A stretch of DNA of 63,951 nt, filler included, from Planctomycetota bacterium (GCA_026991575.1; 4 parts of 4 records of this genome joined end to end with filler, not necessarily neighbours in it); one strand, 5' to 3'; shown: positions 30,143 through 40,834, counted from the first letter of the whole stretch. The notes: generated from the letters alone by a model not told the origin. Translations and numbers: made by a program.

Positions 30143-31747
30143 GTGACCAAAGAGCCCCAACGGCTGCGTCGCTGGCCAGGCCTGTTCGCCGCCGCGATCT
30201 GTTTCCTCTCGTACGCCTATTTCTGGCAGTCGCGCGATTGGAACAGCGCGTCCCGCCTGATGCTAACCTACGCCCTTGTCGACCGCCACACGCTGTGGCT
30301 CGACGGGCTGGAAAGGCAGTGTGCCGATATCGTGCGTGATCCGGTGACCGGACGAGTGCAGGTGCGAGGCGGCGACATCGCTTATCACGACGGGCACTTC
30401 TACTCGGACAAGGCCCCGGGGCTGTCGCTACTGGGAGCCCTGCCCTATGCATGTCTGCCGGAGCGTGAAGGTCTGAAGCCGCATCCCTTAGATCGGCCTG
30501 CCTTGACGTACTGGGGCGCCGATTACTGGGTTACCCTCTTCTCCAGTGGCCTGGTCACGGCGTCGACTTCCTACCTGGTGTACTGTTTCGTGCAGCTCCT
30601 GGGCGCGGTGCCCGGCGTGGCGTTCTGGGCAGCGTTGGGCTACGGTCTGGCCAGCCCAGCTTTCCTGTACGGCACGCTGTTTTACGGCCACAACCTGGCG
30701 GGATTCTGCCTGCTGGCGGCCATGTACCTCCTGTGGCGATCGTATCGCGGCGGTTGCCGTGACAGGCTCCTGGATGCGCTTGGCGCCGGCCTGCTCGCCG
30801 GCTACGCGGTCGTGGCCGAGTATCCGGCCGTTGGGCCGGCGGTGCTGATTGCGCTTTTCGCCGCAGGGCTTTGGCGGCGCAGCAGTCGGCTGGTGGCCCT
30901 GCTCATTGGGGCCGCGCTGACTGCGGCCCTGCTGGCGACCTACAACTGGAAGGCGTTCGGCAATCCGTTCACGCTGAGCTACGCCTACGAAGCCTCCCCC
31001 TTGTTCCGCCAGGTCCACTCGGAGCAGACACCGCTGGGACTGCGTTGGTGGCAGCCCCCTGAGTTCGAGCGGCTGCCGGAGCTGCTGTGGTTGCCGCGGC
31101 GTGGGCTAGCCGTCTATGCGCCCTTCCTGGCGTTTGCCCCACTGGGTCTCATCGCACTGCTGTTCAGTCGTCGCTGGCCGCTCGCCCTCCTGTTTGCGGG
31201 CAGTCTGCTCTGGTACGTCTGGATCGTGCTCGTCTATCCGAACTGGGATGGCGGCTGGTGCACCGGGCCGCGGCTACTGACAGCGACCTATCCGCTGCTG
31301 GCCGTGGCTGCCGGTAGCACGTTTGCAGCCGCGCGATCCGGCGTATGGAAGCTGGTGGTCGTGCCGGTTGTGCTGGTAGGCATGCTGGTGAATCTGGGGT
31401 GCGTGGCCGTGGGTGGCCGGTTCCCTCCCGCGGTGCAACGGCCGCTGGTGGAGATCGTGCTTGCCAGGTGGCGCGGCCAGCAGGACGGATTCGAGGTACT
31501 GGCCGGGGGCGGGCAGTTCGAGGAGAACGCCGGCCGGTGGCTCATCCGTCACCTGCACCGCAGCTGGCCCGAGGAGGAAGCCTCCGATGAGGCCGAGGTC
31601 GCGTCCCGCTACCGCAAGCGGCTGCGGGCGACGCTGGCAGAGTTGGCGGGAGACGAGTGGTCGCGCTGGCGCCCCGTGGAGTTCGTGCCTCTGCTGGCAC
31701 TCTGGGCCGTGTCGCTTGCCTCAGCGCGTGTGATCATGGGACGGTGA
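30143..31747 (+). CDS. Polytopic membrane protein, GT-C-like
   Basis: DWNSASR, GHFYSDKAPGLS, YNWKAFGNPF and WDGGWCTGPRLL motifs; many TMs. Confidence 0.65.
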   Translation: MTKEPQRLRRWPGLFAAAICFLSYAYFWQSRDWNSASRLMLTYALVDRHTLWLDGLERQCADIVRDPVTGRVQVRGGDIAYHDGHFYSDKAPGLSLLGALPYACLPEREGLKPHPLDRPALTYWGADYWVTLFSSGLVTASTSYLVYCFVQLLGAVPGVAFWAALGYGLASPAFLYGTLFYGHNLAGFCLLAAMYLLWRSYRGGCRDRLLDALGAGLLAGYAVVAEYPAVGPAVLIALFAAGLWRRSSRLVALLIGAALTAALLATYNWKAFGNPFTLSYAYEASPLFRQVHSEQTPLGLRWWQPPEFERLPELLWLPRRGLAVYAPFLAFAPLGLIALLFSRRWPLALLFAGSLLWYVWIVLVYPNWDGGWCTGPRLLTATYPLLAVAAGSTFAAARSGVWKLVVVPVVLVGMLVNLGCVAVGGRFPPAVQRPLVEIVLARWRGQQDGFEVLAGGGQFEENAGRWLIRHLHRSWPEEEASDEAEVASRYRKRLRATLAELAGDEWSRWRPVEFVPLLALWAVSLASARVIMGR

Positions 31748-32171
31748 GCGGATCCGAGGAAAGGGCCCATCGGACTTGTTTCCGGACGGTCCCGTTATCC
31801 GGATAGACCCGTGGTTCGGATCGCAGCGGATACCGCGTCGGCTGGTACGTATCACCGGCGCGGGTCAGAGCGAAGATGTACCGGCGCCCGGCCTGCAACC
31901 GGACACGCAGGACGTTGCGAACGTCAACTCGTAGCGTTTCCTCGTCGAGTTTGCCCTTGAAGCGTTCGACCACGCGCGCCCGCACAATCCCCCCCTGTGA
32001 GCCGATTACCTCAGCCGCCACTACCACGTCGGCCATCTGAAGCTGAGCCGCGGAGACGAACGGCCGGTTAGCGTGGTGAGCGGCCAGGTGGCCGAGGGCG
32101 GCCAGCCAAAGCACCAAGGCCAGCGTCGTGGCACGCCTCATGATGAGTTCGGTAGCATCGTTGGACGTCAT
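31734..32171 (-). CDS. Hypothetical membrane-anchored protein
   Basis: GAGGAG RBS before ATG 32171; N-terminal TM; ADVVVAAEV...GRRYIFAL beta domain. Confidence 0.6.
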   Translation of the reverse strand: MTSNDATELIMRRATTLALVLWLAALGHLAAHHANRPFVSAAQLQMADVVVAAEVIGSQGGIVRARVVERFKGKLDEETLRVDVRNVLRVRLQAGRRYIFALTRAGDTYQPTRYPLRSEPRVYPDNGTVRKQVRWALSSDPLTVP

Positions 32172-32376
32172 TTGCTCCTCACGCACCGGCTACCCGACAA
32201 CCGTTCAACTGCGCATCGTACCCAGCACGTCCCGGTGCAACGGCGCAGTCGCAACGCTCGGGCCGAATGGCTCATCCCTATAATTCAGCGCAACCTGACA
32301 CGGGTGGTTGGCTGGCGCGGCCACCTGATCGTGCATCGGCCGGTTTGTACAGCTGCCGATTTGCCGGAGCAACCAG

Positions 32377-32763
32377 ATGTCACGAACGACTGTCACGCTG
32401 GCCGATATCCTACGCGAAGATAGGCGGTATCCGATCGAAGCGTACGAGTTCGTTTACGAGGCGATCGAGTTCACCAAGCGGCAGCTCATGGCGCGGCACT
32501 CGCTCCGCAAGGTAGGTCACATCACGCCGAAGCAGCTGGTCGAAGGGGTCCGGGATCTGGCGCTGGAGCGGTTCGGCTACCTAGCTGCTGACGTACTGAA
32601 ACGGTGGGGAATCCGTACCGGTTCGGACGTCGGCTCGATCATCTTCAACCTCGTGGCAACCGGTGACGTTGAGTTAGGGCCCGGCGAACGACGTGAGGAT
32701 TTCGACGGTATTTGCGACTACGAGGAAGAACTGCACCGCCACTTCCGCATTACCGCTCAGTAG
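32377..32763 (+). CDS. Minf_1886 family (Planctomycetes/Verrucomicrobia-restricted) protein
   Basis: DRRYPIEAYEFVYEA, HITPKQL, ERFGYLA..VLKRWGIR..DVGSIIFNLV...EDF. Confidence 0.85.
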   Translation: MSRTTVTLADILREDRRYPIEAYEFVYEAIEFTKRQLMARHSLRKVGHITPKQLVEGVRDLALERFGYLAADVLKRWGIRTGSDVGSIIFNLVATGDVELGPGERREDFDGICDYEEELHRHFRITAQ

Positions 32764-33678
32764 CTAGCCGCGTGGATGATACGAGCGATGGATCGCGCGT
32801 AGCCGTTCCGGATCGACGTGCGTGTAGATCTGCGTCGTCGTGATCTTGGCATGTCCCAGCAGTTCCTGCACGAGCCGGATGTCGGCCCCGTTGGCCAGCA
32901 TGTGCGTGGCGAAGCTGTGTCGCAGTGTGTGCGGGCTGACCTTCTCCGGTAATCCGGCACGAGCTGCGTACCGCTTTACCAGCGACCAGATCGAAACCCG
33001 GGAGAGACGGCCGCCAAACCGGTTCAGAAACAACCACGGGCTCGTGCGCTGGCCGGCAAGCGCGGGCCGGTCCACCGACAAGTACGCTTCCAGCGCCCGT
33101 CTTGCCGCCCGGCCGATCGCCACCAATCGCTGCTTGTTCCCCTTGCCCGTGCAGACCAGGAAGCCGTGCTCGAGGTCCAGATCGTGCAGGCGCAGGCCGG
33201 AGACCTCCGAAACGCGGCAACCGGTCGCGTAGAGCACCTCCAGCAGCGCGCGGTCGCGTCGGTACCAGCGGTCTTCTGGCGACGGAGCGTTCAGCAGTCG
33301 GTCGACCTGTTCCTGGCTGAGCACGTACGGGACGCGCCGCCACAGGGAGGGCCGTTCGATGTAGTCGGCGGCGCTGGCCGGCATCCTGCCTTCCAGGACA
33401 AGAAACCGAAAAAACATGCGCAGCGACACGACGTGGCGGGCAACCGTAGCCGGTGCTAGCCGCTGGCGCGCGAGGTAGTTGAGGTAACCGGCAAGGTCCG
33501 ACACGGAAAAGTTCTCGTAGTCACCGTCGGTCTCGGTCGCCACCCACTGATGGAACCGGTTCAGATCGCGGCGGTAGGCAGCGACGGTGTTAGCGGCCAG
33601 ACCACACTCAGTGGCCAGGTAGTGGCAGAAGGCTTCGATGTCCTCCCGCAGCAGTGGGCATTCGGCGGCTCGGATCAT
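32764..33678 (-). CDS. xerD: Site-specific tyrosine recombinase XerD
   Basis: GLAANTVAAYRRDL, LYATGCRVSE, GKGNKQR, SPHTLRHSFATH, VQELLGH, TTQIYTHV. Confidence 0.92.
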   Translation of the reverse strand: MIRAAECPLLREDIEAFCHYLATECGLAANTVAAYRRDLNRFHQWVATETDGDYENFSVSDLAGYLNYLARQRLAPATVARHVVSLRMFFRFLVLEGRMPASAADYIERPSLWRRVPYVLSQEQVDRLLNAPSPEDRWYRRDRALLEVLYATGCRVSEVSGLRLHDLDLEHGFLVCTGKGNKQRLVAIGRAARRALEAYLSVDRPALAGQRTSPWLFLNRFGGRLSRVSIWSLVKRYAARAGLPEKVSPHTLRHSFATHMLANGADIRLVQELLGHAKITTTQIYTHVDPERLRAIHRSYHPRG

Positions 33679-33816
33679 TGCGAACCCACCTCGAACGGCA
33701 AGCTATTATTGAGTGAACGTGCCGGCAGCCTGCTTTGGGCATGTGCCGGCTGTTCGCGTCCTGGGTGAGGCCGTTATCTTGTTGTCGGCAGTTGTTACTG
33801 AGCAGGTTTCGACCGA

Positions 33817-34794
33817 ATGCCCGTAACGCTCATAACCGGTGGCGGTGGTTTTATCGGTTCCCATCTCGTCGATGCGCTTCTGGCCGAGGGTCACCACGTC
33901 ATCGCGGTCGACAACTTCATCACAGGCAGGCGCGAGAACCTGAGCCATCTGGAGCGTGAGCCGCGGTTTGAGTTGATCGAGCAGGATGCATGTGAGCCGA
34001 TCGTGGTGACCGCTCAGTTGGACAATGTGCTGCATTTCGCCTCGCCGGCAAGCCCGTCAGCGGTTAGTCCGGTCGGCTACCTCCGCATGCCGATCACGAC
34101 CCTGAAAGCCGGTTCACACGCAACGATCAACACGCTGGAGCTTGCCCGCGAGCACGGGGCGCGCTTCTTGCTAGCATCGACCAGTGAAATCTACGGCGAC
34201 CCGCTGGTAACCCCCCAACCGGAGGACTATCCCGGCAACGTTAGCCCCACGGCGCCGCGAAGCTGCTACGACGAAGCGAAGCGGTTCGCCGAAGCGGCCA
34301 CCATGGCCTACCGCCGTCAATACGGGCTTGAGACTCGCATCGCCCGCATCTTCAACACGTACGGACCGCGCATGCGCCGCGACGATGGCCGGGTGCTGCC
34401 CAACTTCATCTGCCAGGCCCTCTGTGGTAAGCCGATCACAATCTACGGCACCGGCCGGCAAACGCGTAGCTTCTGCTACGTGGACGACCTGGTGGATGGG
34501 CTTCTGCGCCTCTTAAAGTCCGATTATGCCGAGCCGGTCAATCTGGGTGATCCGGACGAAATCACCATCGAACAGCTTGCGCGCGAAGTGCTGGAACTTA
34601 CCGGCAGCAACAGCGAACTGGTCTACGAACCGGCACCGGAAGGGGACCCACAGCGTCGCCAGCCCGACATCACGCGCGCCCGCACGGTCCTGGGCTGGCA
34701 GCCGCGCACCGCTCGGCGCGACGGTCTGCTGCGCACGATTGAATTCTTCCGCAGCGAGCTGGTACTGGCCGGCCAACTCTGCCCGCCGTCCTAG
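33817..34794 (+). CDS. UDP-glucuronate decarboxylase-like extended SDR
   Basis: ITGGGGFIGSHL, HFASPASP, ASTSEIYGDP, RSCYDEAKR, RIFNTYGPRM, QTRSFCYVDDL. Confidence 0.92.
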   Translation: MPVTLITGGGGFIGSHLVDALLAEGHHVIAVDNFITGRRENLSHLEREPRFELIEQDACEPIVVTAQLDNVLHFASPASPSAVSPVGYLRMPITTLKAGSHATINTLELAREHGARFLLASTSEIYGDPLVTPQPEDYPGNVSPTAPRSCYDEAKRFAEAATMAYRRQYGLETRIARIFNTYGPRMRRDDGRVLPNFICQALCGKPITIYGTGRQTRSFCYVDDLVDGLLRLLKSDYAEPVNLGDPDEITIEQLAREVLELTGSNSELVYEPAPEGDPQRRQPDITRARTVLGWQPRTARRDGLLRTIEFFRSELVLAGQLCPPS

Positions 34795-34916
34795 TACCCC
34801 CGGCCAGCAGAACCACCCGACGATCGCCACCTCCGGTATGATCACGTGTACGGACACTCCTGGTGCGACGATCCCACTGAGCCCGACACCGCGAACGAAC
34901 CTCCGGAGGTTGCATC

Positions 34917-35741
34917 ATGAAGCGAACCTGTTGCAGTGTCCTAGTCAGCCTCCTTGTGCCCCTAGCAGCCGCCGGTGCCGTCGCAAGCGTGCTCTGGACA
35001 GCGTCCCGCGCCGCGACGCCGCCGGCAGCAACAACGCCCAACACCGCTGCCACCCGGCCCAACGTGCCGCCGCCGGGCTTCCGTGCCCTGTTCAACGGCA
35101 AGGACCTGACCGGCTGGAAAGTGCCCGAGGGGGACAACGGGCACTGGAAAGTGATCGATGGCGTCATCGACTACGACGCTCGCAGCGAAGCGAAAGGAGA
35201 CAAGTCGCTCTGGACCGAAGAATCGTTCGGTGACTTTGTCCTCCGCGTCGACTGGCGCATCAAAGAGACTCCGTTCATCAACCCGCGTGCGCGGATCATC
35301 CGTCCGGATGGTACGTACAAGCTCGGGCCCGATGGTCGTCCGATTGCCATTGCGGTGCCCGATTCGGATTCGGGAATCTTCCTACGCGGCACTCCAAAGG
35401 CTCAGGTCAACATCTGGTGCTGGCCGGTGGGCTCCGGCGAAGTCTGGGGCTACCGGACCGATCCGAACATGCCGCCGGAAGTACGCGCGGCTGTTACCCC
35501 GAAGATCATGGCCGACAACAACATCGGCGAGTGGAACACGTTCGAGATCACGCTCATCGGCAGCCGGCTCACCGTGGTTCTGAACGGCAAGAAGGTGATC
35601 GACAACGCCTACCTACCCGGGCTACCCGAGCGTGGTCCGATCGCGCTCCAGCACCACGGCGCGATGCGCAACGGCCAGTGGGTCAGCCCTCCGTCACTGG
35701 TCCAGTTCCGCAATATCTTCATCAAGGAGCTAGACCGGTAA
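34917..35741 (+). CDS. DUF1080 (3-keto-disaccharide hydrolase) domain protein, secreted
   Basis: GFRALFNGKDLTGW, DSGIFLRG, GEWNTFEI, GPIALQHHG, FRNIFIKEL. Confidence 0.9.
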   Translation: MKRTCCSVLVSLLVPLAAAGAVASVLWTASRAATPPAATTPNTAATRPNVPPPGFRALFNGKDLTGWKVPEGDNGHWKVIDGVIDYDARSEAKGDKSLWTEESFGDFVLRVDWRIKETPFINPRARIIRPDGTYKLGPDGRPIAIAVPDSDSGIFLRGTPKAQVNIWCWPVGSGEVWGYRTDPNMPPEVRAAVTPKIMADNNIGEWNTFEITLIGSRLTVVLNGKKVIDNAYLPGLPERGPIALQHHGAMRNGQWVSPPSLVQFRNIFIKELDR

Positions 35742-35967
35742 AGCCGTTCGGTCAGGCACAGGGACAGCTGCTGTCACGCCGGCGCCCCCAACAGCGACGG
35801 CCGCCCCCCGTGCTCGGCCGAGCATCGCTAGTGGCACGACGGACCGGGCAGCAGTCTCTCCGGCCGGATGCAACGGCACGGTGCCCTCAGCGGCCCATTG
35901 CCTTATCAGGCTGGCGTCCTTGCCCCGGTCAACGATGCGAGCACAATCTGCGGGGCCTGTTGATCCG

Positions 35968-37191
35968 ATGCGCGTCGTCGGGCGCTTCGTCCTGCTGCTC
36001 GGCGTGGTCAGCCTGTTTGCGGACGCGACCTACGAGGGAGCTCGGAGCATCCTGGGCCCGTACCTCTCCGAGCTGCAGTCCGGCCTGGTCGTTGCCGGCG
36101 CGTTGGCCGGAGCGGGTGAGGCGGCCGCGTACGCGCTGCGACTGGCCAGCGGTTATCTGGCCGATCGGCTGCGCGCCTACTGGTCATTCACCACGGCTGG
36201 CTATCTCGTCAACCTCGCCGCCGTGCCGCTGCTGGCGTTGGCCGGCAACTGGCAGGCCGCGGCGCTGTTGGTCGTAGTGGAGCGGGCAGGCAAAGGGCTG
36301 CGGGGACCGGCTCGTGATGCGATCCTGTCCAGGGCCACCACACGCTACGGCCACGGTAAAGCGTTTGGCCTCCATGAGCTGCTCGATCAAGTTGGTGCGA
36401 TGGCCGGGCCCCTTTGGCTTGCGCTGACGCTCTCCGCAGGCCTGCCCGTGCGCGTTGCCCTGGCCACGCTAGCCTTGCCTGCCGCGGCGGCCATCGCCTC
36501 GCTTGCAGCCGCCTACCGCTGGTGGCACGCCCGCCTGTCCCCCTCGGCCAACGGCCCGGATGAGCCACCGCTGGCTGCCGACGTGACCACGGCAGCCGCT
36601 AGCCTCGACCGGCCAGCCACCCGGACGGCCGCCTTTCGCCTGTTCCTTGCTTCTGTATTGCTGGTGAACATCGGCTTTGCAAACTGGCTCTTCCTTGGCT
36701 ACCGTTTGCAGGCAGCAGGTGTGCTGACGTCTCGTGCCGTCGCGCTGGCTTACGCTGCAGCGATGGCAATGGATGCTGCGCTGGCGCTACCGCTGGGCAA
36801 GGCATACGATCGTTTCGGACCGGCATGCCTGCCTGGTGCCATAGCGACCGCCTGGCTAGCTAGCGTCCTTGGCATGCTGGCTGCTGACGCCCGGAGCGCC
36901 TTTGCCGCAGCCCTCGCATGGGGCGCGGCGATGTGCTTTCAGGAGACGGTCTTCAAGGCGGTCGTCGCCCGGTTGGCGCCGGTTGAGCGAAGAGCAACAG
37001 GCTACGGATGGCTGCATGCAGCCCAGGGAATCGGGTGGTTGCTGGGCGGCGCCCTGCTAGGCCTGGCCTACGAAGGCTACGGACCGTTGCACGCAGCAGC
37101 CCTCGCCACGGTGTCTTGCGGCGCCGCTGCGGCACTTACCGTCCCGCTGGTGCGCGCGGACCGACGTGTGTCAGTTACCGGGGGCAAGTGA
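35968..37191 (+). CDS. MFS transporter
   Basis: GVVSLFADATYEGARS, SGYLADR, ERAGKGLRGPARDAIL, RATGYG; start uncertain. Confidence 0.85.
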   Translation: MRVVGRFVLLLGVVSLFADATYEGARSILGPYLSELQSGLVVAGALAGAGEAAAYALRLASGYLADRLRAYWSFTTAGYLVNLAAVPLLALAGNWQAAALLVVVERAGKGLRGPARDAILSRATTRYGHGKAFGLHELLDQVGAMAGPLWLALTLSAGLPVRVALATLALPAAAAIASLAAAYRWWHARLSPSANGPDEPPLAADVTTAAASLDRPATRTAAFRLFLASVLLVNIGFANWLFLGYRLQAAGVLTSRAVALAYAAAMAMDAALALPLGKAYDRFGPACLPGAIATAWLASVLGMLAADARSAFAAALAWGAAMCFQETVFKAVVARLAPVERRATGYGWLHAAQGIGWLLGGALLGLAYEGYGPLHAAALATVSCGAAAALTVPLVRADRRVSVTGGK

Positions 37192-38300
37192 TGTTCCTGC
37201 AGCACGACTGGGTCTCTGGCGTCCAGGTGGGGATGGCCCTCACCGACGTACCCACGCCCGTTCTCTGTCTGGATGTCGACGTCGTTGAGCGGAACATCCA
37301 GGCGATGAGCGACTGGTGTCGCGCCAACGGCAAGAGCTGGCGGCCACACATTAAAGGCCACCGATGCCCACAAATCATCGAGCGCCTCCGCGCAGCCGGC
37401 TGGCACGCGGTCACGTGCGCGACACTGCGTGAAGCGGAGTTTGCCGCAACCCTTGCCGTGCGCGACATCCTGATTGCCAACCAGGTGGCTCTGGAAAAGT
37501 TGTCCCGAGCAGCTCGCCTGGCCCGACTCGCCGACCCGATCCTTGCCCTCGACCATCCGGACCAGGTTACGGCCGCCTCGGATGCAGCGCACCGCGAGGG
37601 CGTGCGGTTCCGGGCTATCGTCGAAGTGGATATCGGCATGAGGCGTGCCGGGGTCGAGCCCGGTCAGGCGGCGCTGGAGTTGGCCGCTCAGATTGACCGT
37701 GCCCCTGGCCTGGAGCTGGTTGGCATCATGGGCTATGAAGGCCATCTGCTCGATGTGCCGGATCTCGACCAGAAGCGACGCGCCATCACCGACGCGCTCG
37801 ATCGGCTGGCGGCTGTGCGTGACGAGATGACACGACGCGGCCTCCGCTGTGAGATCGTCTCAGCAGGCGGTACGGGCTCATGCGAATACACGGCCCGGCA
37901 TCCGGCGGTAACCGAACTGCAGGCCGGCGGGCTGGTGATGATGGACGCGTATTACCGGCGAGACTGCCGCATCGAGCGGTTCGAGTACGCGCTAACCGTG
38001 CATACGACGGTCGTCAGCCGGCCGACCCCGCAGCGGGCCATCATCGACGCCGGGCGCAAGACGCACGACATCAGCAATGGCCCCCCCGTATTCCCGCACG
38101 GGCCCGACGGTATCACCGTGCTGGCACTCAACGCGGAGCATGGCATTCTGGCAGTCGACGGCCCTGCTCGCTCCCTCCGTATCGGCCAGCGACTCGTGTT
38201 CGTCCCGGGCTATTCCGACTTCACCACCATGCTCCACCGTTGCTTCGTCGCCCACCGTGGGGATACCGTCGTGGGCATCTGGCCAATCGGACCACGCTGA
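37191..38300 (+). CDS. DSD1/D-threonine aldolase-family PLP enzyme (fold type III)
   Basis: VPTPVLCLD, WRPHIKGH (PLP Lys), EVDIGMRRAG, GIMGYEGH, SAGGTG, TELQAGG, IIDAGRK. Confidence 0.88.
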   Translation: MFLQHDWVSGVQVGMALTDVPTPVLCLDVDVVERNIQAMSDWCRANGKSWRPHIKGHRCPQIIERLRAAGWHAVTCATLREAEFAATLAVRDILIANQVALEKLSRAARLARLADPILALDHPDQVTAASDAAHREGVRFRAIVEVDIGMRRAGVEPGQAALELAAQIDRAPGLELVGIMGYEGHLLDVPDLDQKRRAITDALDRLAAVRDEMTRRGLRCEIVSAGGTGSCEYTARHPAVTELQAGGLVMMDAYYRRDCRIERFEYALTVHTTVVSRPTPQRAIIDAGRKTHDISNGPPVFPHGPDGITVLALNAEHGILAVDGPARSLRIGQRLVFVPGYSDFTTMLHRCFVAHRGDTVVGIWPIGPR

Positions 38301-38318
38301 GGCGCGGAGTGTCAGACT

Positions 38319-39584
38319 GTGCATGCGGCAATCGTCAGCGTTGGCAACGAACTGGCACGCGGCCGAATCGTGGACACCAATGCCGCCTGGCTCGCCGAAC
38401 AGCTGACCTACCACGGCTATGACGTCACCGCGCACGTGACCGTGGGCGACCACGTCGACCAGATCGGCGATGCGCTGCGTTGGTTGACCGGCCGTGCAAG
38501 CATCATCATCGTCACCGGTGGCCTGGGTCCCACGCAGGATGACCTAACGCGACACGCCTTAGCCAGCCTGGTCGGCCAGCCACTGCAAGAAGACCGCGAT
38601 AGCCTGAAGCGCATCGAAGCCCGGTTCAAAGCAACGGGCCGGACCATGCCCGAAGCCAACCGGATTCAGGCGCTCGTGCCACGCGGAGCACGGCCGATCC
38701 CGAACGACTACGGCACGGCGCCGGGTATCTGGCTCGAAGTGCCCCTGCAGACACATCGCTGCACGGTCGTGGCCCTGCCGGGAGTGCCAGCCGAGATGAA
38801 GCGAATGTTTGCCGAACGAGTGTTGCCGGAGCTTCTGAAAGAGTACCCGACCGGCCGGGTCCGCGTCGAGCGCCGGCTCCATGCGTTCGGACTTGGCGAG
38901 TCCCACATCGAAGAGAGACTGCGGGACCTGACGCGGCGCGACCAAGACCCCGAAGTCGGCATCACCGTACACCACGCGACGATCACACTGCGGGTCACGA
39001 CAAGTGGTCGGACGGAGCGTGAGGCACGGCATCGCATGGAGCCGGTAGTCCGCACGATTTACGAGCGCCTTGGCGAGCTCATTTATGGCGAAGATAACGA
39101 AACGTTAGAGGCAGTCTTGCTTCGAGAACTAGACCGCTTGCGTCTAACGCTGGCCGTTTGCGAAGGTCTTACCGGCGGCATGGTCTGTGAGCGGCTGGTG
39201 GCGGTCGCGGGTACGAGCCGGTGGCTCCGTGGCGCGATGGTTCTGTACGCCAACGATACGAAGCTCGACCTACTCGGCATGCCCGAGGAGTTGCTGGCAG
39301 AGCATGGTGCAGCCAGTGAGCAGACGGCCCGATACCTGGCCGAAGCCGTACGGCTGCGGTTCGCCGCCGACCTGGGGCTGGCTACGGTCGGATGGATGGA
39401 GCCACCGCTGGGTGATGCCGCCAGCGACCAGATCGCCACGGTCTGGATTGCGGCCGCCTCCGAACTGGCCGTGACTGCCGAATGTTTTCGCACGCAGGCC
39501 GATCGGGAGGAGATTCGAGTTAGAGCCACGAAGGCGGCGCTGAACCACTTGAGGCTCAGGCTGCGTCGGGCCAGACCACGTTGA
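38319..39584 (+). CDS. cinA: CinA family (MoCF-like + PncC-like domain)
   Basis: VGNELARGRIVDTNAAWLA, TGGLGPTQDDLTR, GTAPG, LPGVPAEMKRM, FGLGES. Confidence 0.88.
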   Translation: MHAAIVSVGNELARGRIVDTNAAWLAEQLTYHGYDVTAHVTVGDHVDQIGDALRWLTGRASIIIVTGGLGPTQDDLTRHALASLVGQPLQEDRDSLKRIEARFKATGRTMPEANRIQALVPRGARPIPNDYGTAPGIWLEVPLQTHRCTVVALPGVPAEMKRMFAERVLPELLKEYPTGRVRVERRLHAFGLGESHIEERLRDLTRRDQDPEVGITVHHATITLRVTTSGRTEREARHRMEPVVRTIYERLGELIYGEDNETLEAVLLRELDRLRLTLAVCEGLTGGMVCERLVAVAGTSRWLRGAMVLYANDTKLDLLGMPEELLAEHGAASEQTARYLAEAVRLRFAADLGLATVGWMEPPLGDAASDQIATVWIAAASELAVTAECFRTQADREEIRVRATKAALNHLRLRLRRARPR

Positions 39585-40182
39585 GCACGAGCTAGCCCGA
39601 TCAGTGTGCCTCGGCTACGACGTCTCGCACGCCATCGGCACTCGCGCGCAGCTTACGGCAAGTCGTCGGTTCATCCGACCGCTCGTGCCGATCGTACCCA
39701 AGATCACCTGGATCACGCGCATCAGCTGATCGCGACGATACCGCGTGCGGCCGAGCATGCGGCTTTGCGGGATCGGGCTTGGCAACTCAGGCGCACAAAG
39801 GCAGGCTGGGGTAAGCAAAAGCAGCACATTGGCAGGGCTCTCGGCAAAAAGGCCACGGCGTCCCGAGCTGGAGGCTTTCGACGGCATTCGTACCCCGGGC
39901 GCCCCCTGTCCAGCAAGCCGGGAGGCTTTAGCAAGGCACGACTGCTCGCAGGTGGCCTGCGGCGCAATCGGCCAACGTCTGACTTGGCGGTCGTCGGCCC
40001 GAGAGAAGTTTCGATGGCGGATCGGCTTGAGCACAATCCGCCGGTGTCCCTCGAACACGTAACCCTGGAACGCCTCGCGCCGCTTGCGCACTGCTCATGC
40101 CGGACGACAAACCAACCGGATGGCATCGGCGGACGGGAACAGCCCGGTGCCGAGAAGGATTCAGGTCAAGCGAAGCCGCAGG

Positions 40183-40282
40183 NNNNNNNNNNNNNNNNNN
40201 NNNNNNNNNNNNNNNNNNNNNNNNNNTTAATTAATTAANNNNNNNNNNNNNNNNNNNNNNNNNNNNNNNNNNNNNNNNNNNN
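40183..40282. other. Artificial contig linker
   Basis: 44 N + TTAATTAATTAA + 44 N. Confidence 0.97.
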
Positions 40283-40284
40283 AG

Positions 40285-40806
40285 ATCTTTAACCCGGTCT
40301 GGTCTCCAGGGCGGAAGCACCGCGTCGCGCTGGTGGGCTTCTTTGATCTGGATGGCGACAAGGAGGATGACCGAGCCCTGCTCAAGCACATGTTAGCTCA
40401 GCATGGTTGTGTGGTCGATCTTGAGGTATTGCCCGATGGGACGACCGAAGGTGAGCTGAGTGCGTTTACCGACTGGGTTGTGTTGGGGCACGTTCCTGGC
40501 ATCACGGATGCCGAGGCGGCGATCCAGGAGGATGAGGAAGCCGGCGGTTTCCAGCTGCACCGAGTCACGCAGGCGGCTCAGACGGTCATTCGCGATGCTG
40601 CCAATCTTGGCGTGCCCACGATCGCAGCGGACGAGTTCTACGAGTTCCTTGGCTATCAGCCGCACAGCCGCATCTACGAACCGGCCAATTACCAGGCAGG
40701 CACCGAGGCTGGGGCGCGTGAGCGGGCTCAGGCGGGCAAGCCGGGAACCGGAACGGCCCGTGGCAGCGTGCCGGCACCCGGCTTCCTGCGGTACATCCGC
40801 TATTGA
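40285..40806 (+). CDS. Partial (5'-truncated) planctomycete protein with BRCT-like C-terminus
   Basis: Frame open from the contig edge: IFNPVWSPGRKHRVALVGFFDLDGD...TDWVVLG...AANLGVPTIAADEFYEFLGY. Confidence 0.6.
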   Translation: MFNPVWSPGRKHRVALVGFFDLDGDKEDDRALLKHMLAQHGCVVDLEVLPDGTTEGELSAFTDWVVLGHVPGITDAEAAIQEDEEAGGFQLHRVTQAAQTVIRDAANLGVPTIAADEFYEFLGYQPHSRIYEPANYQAGTEAGARERAQAGKPGTGTARGSVPAPGFLRYIRY

Positions 40807-40834
40807 TCGATCGCCTCCTGGCAGCGCAAACGAA

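Noticed and set aside
32764..33678. Tyrosine recombinase as the integrase of a mobile element
   Set aside because: Canonical XerD motifs in a housekeeping context; no att repeats or cargo seen.
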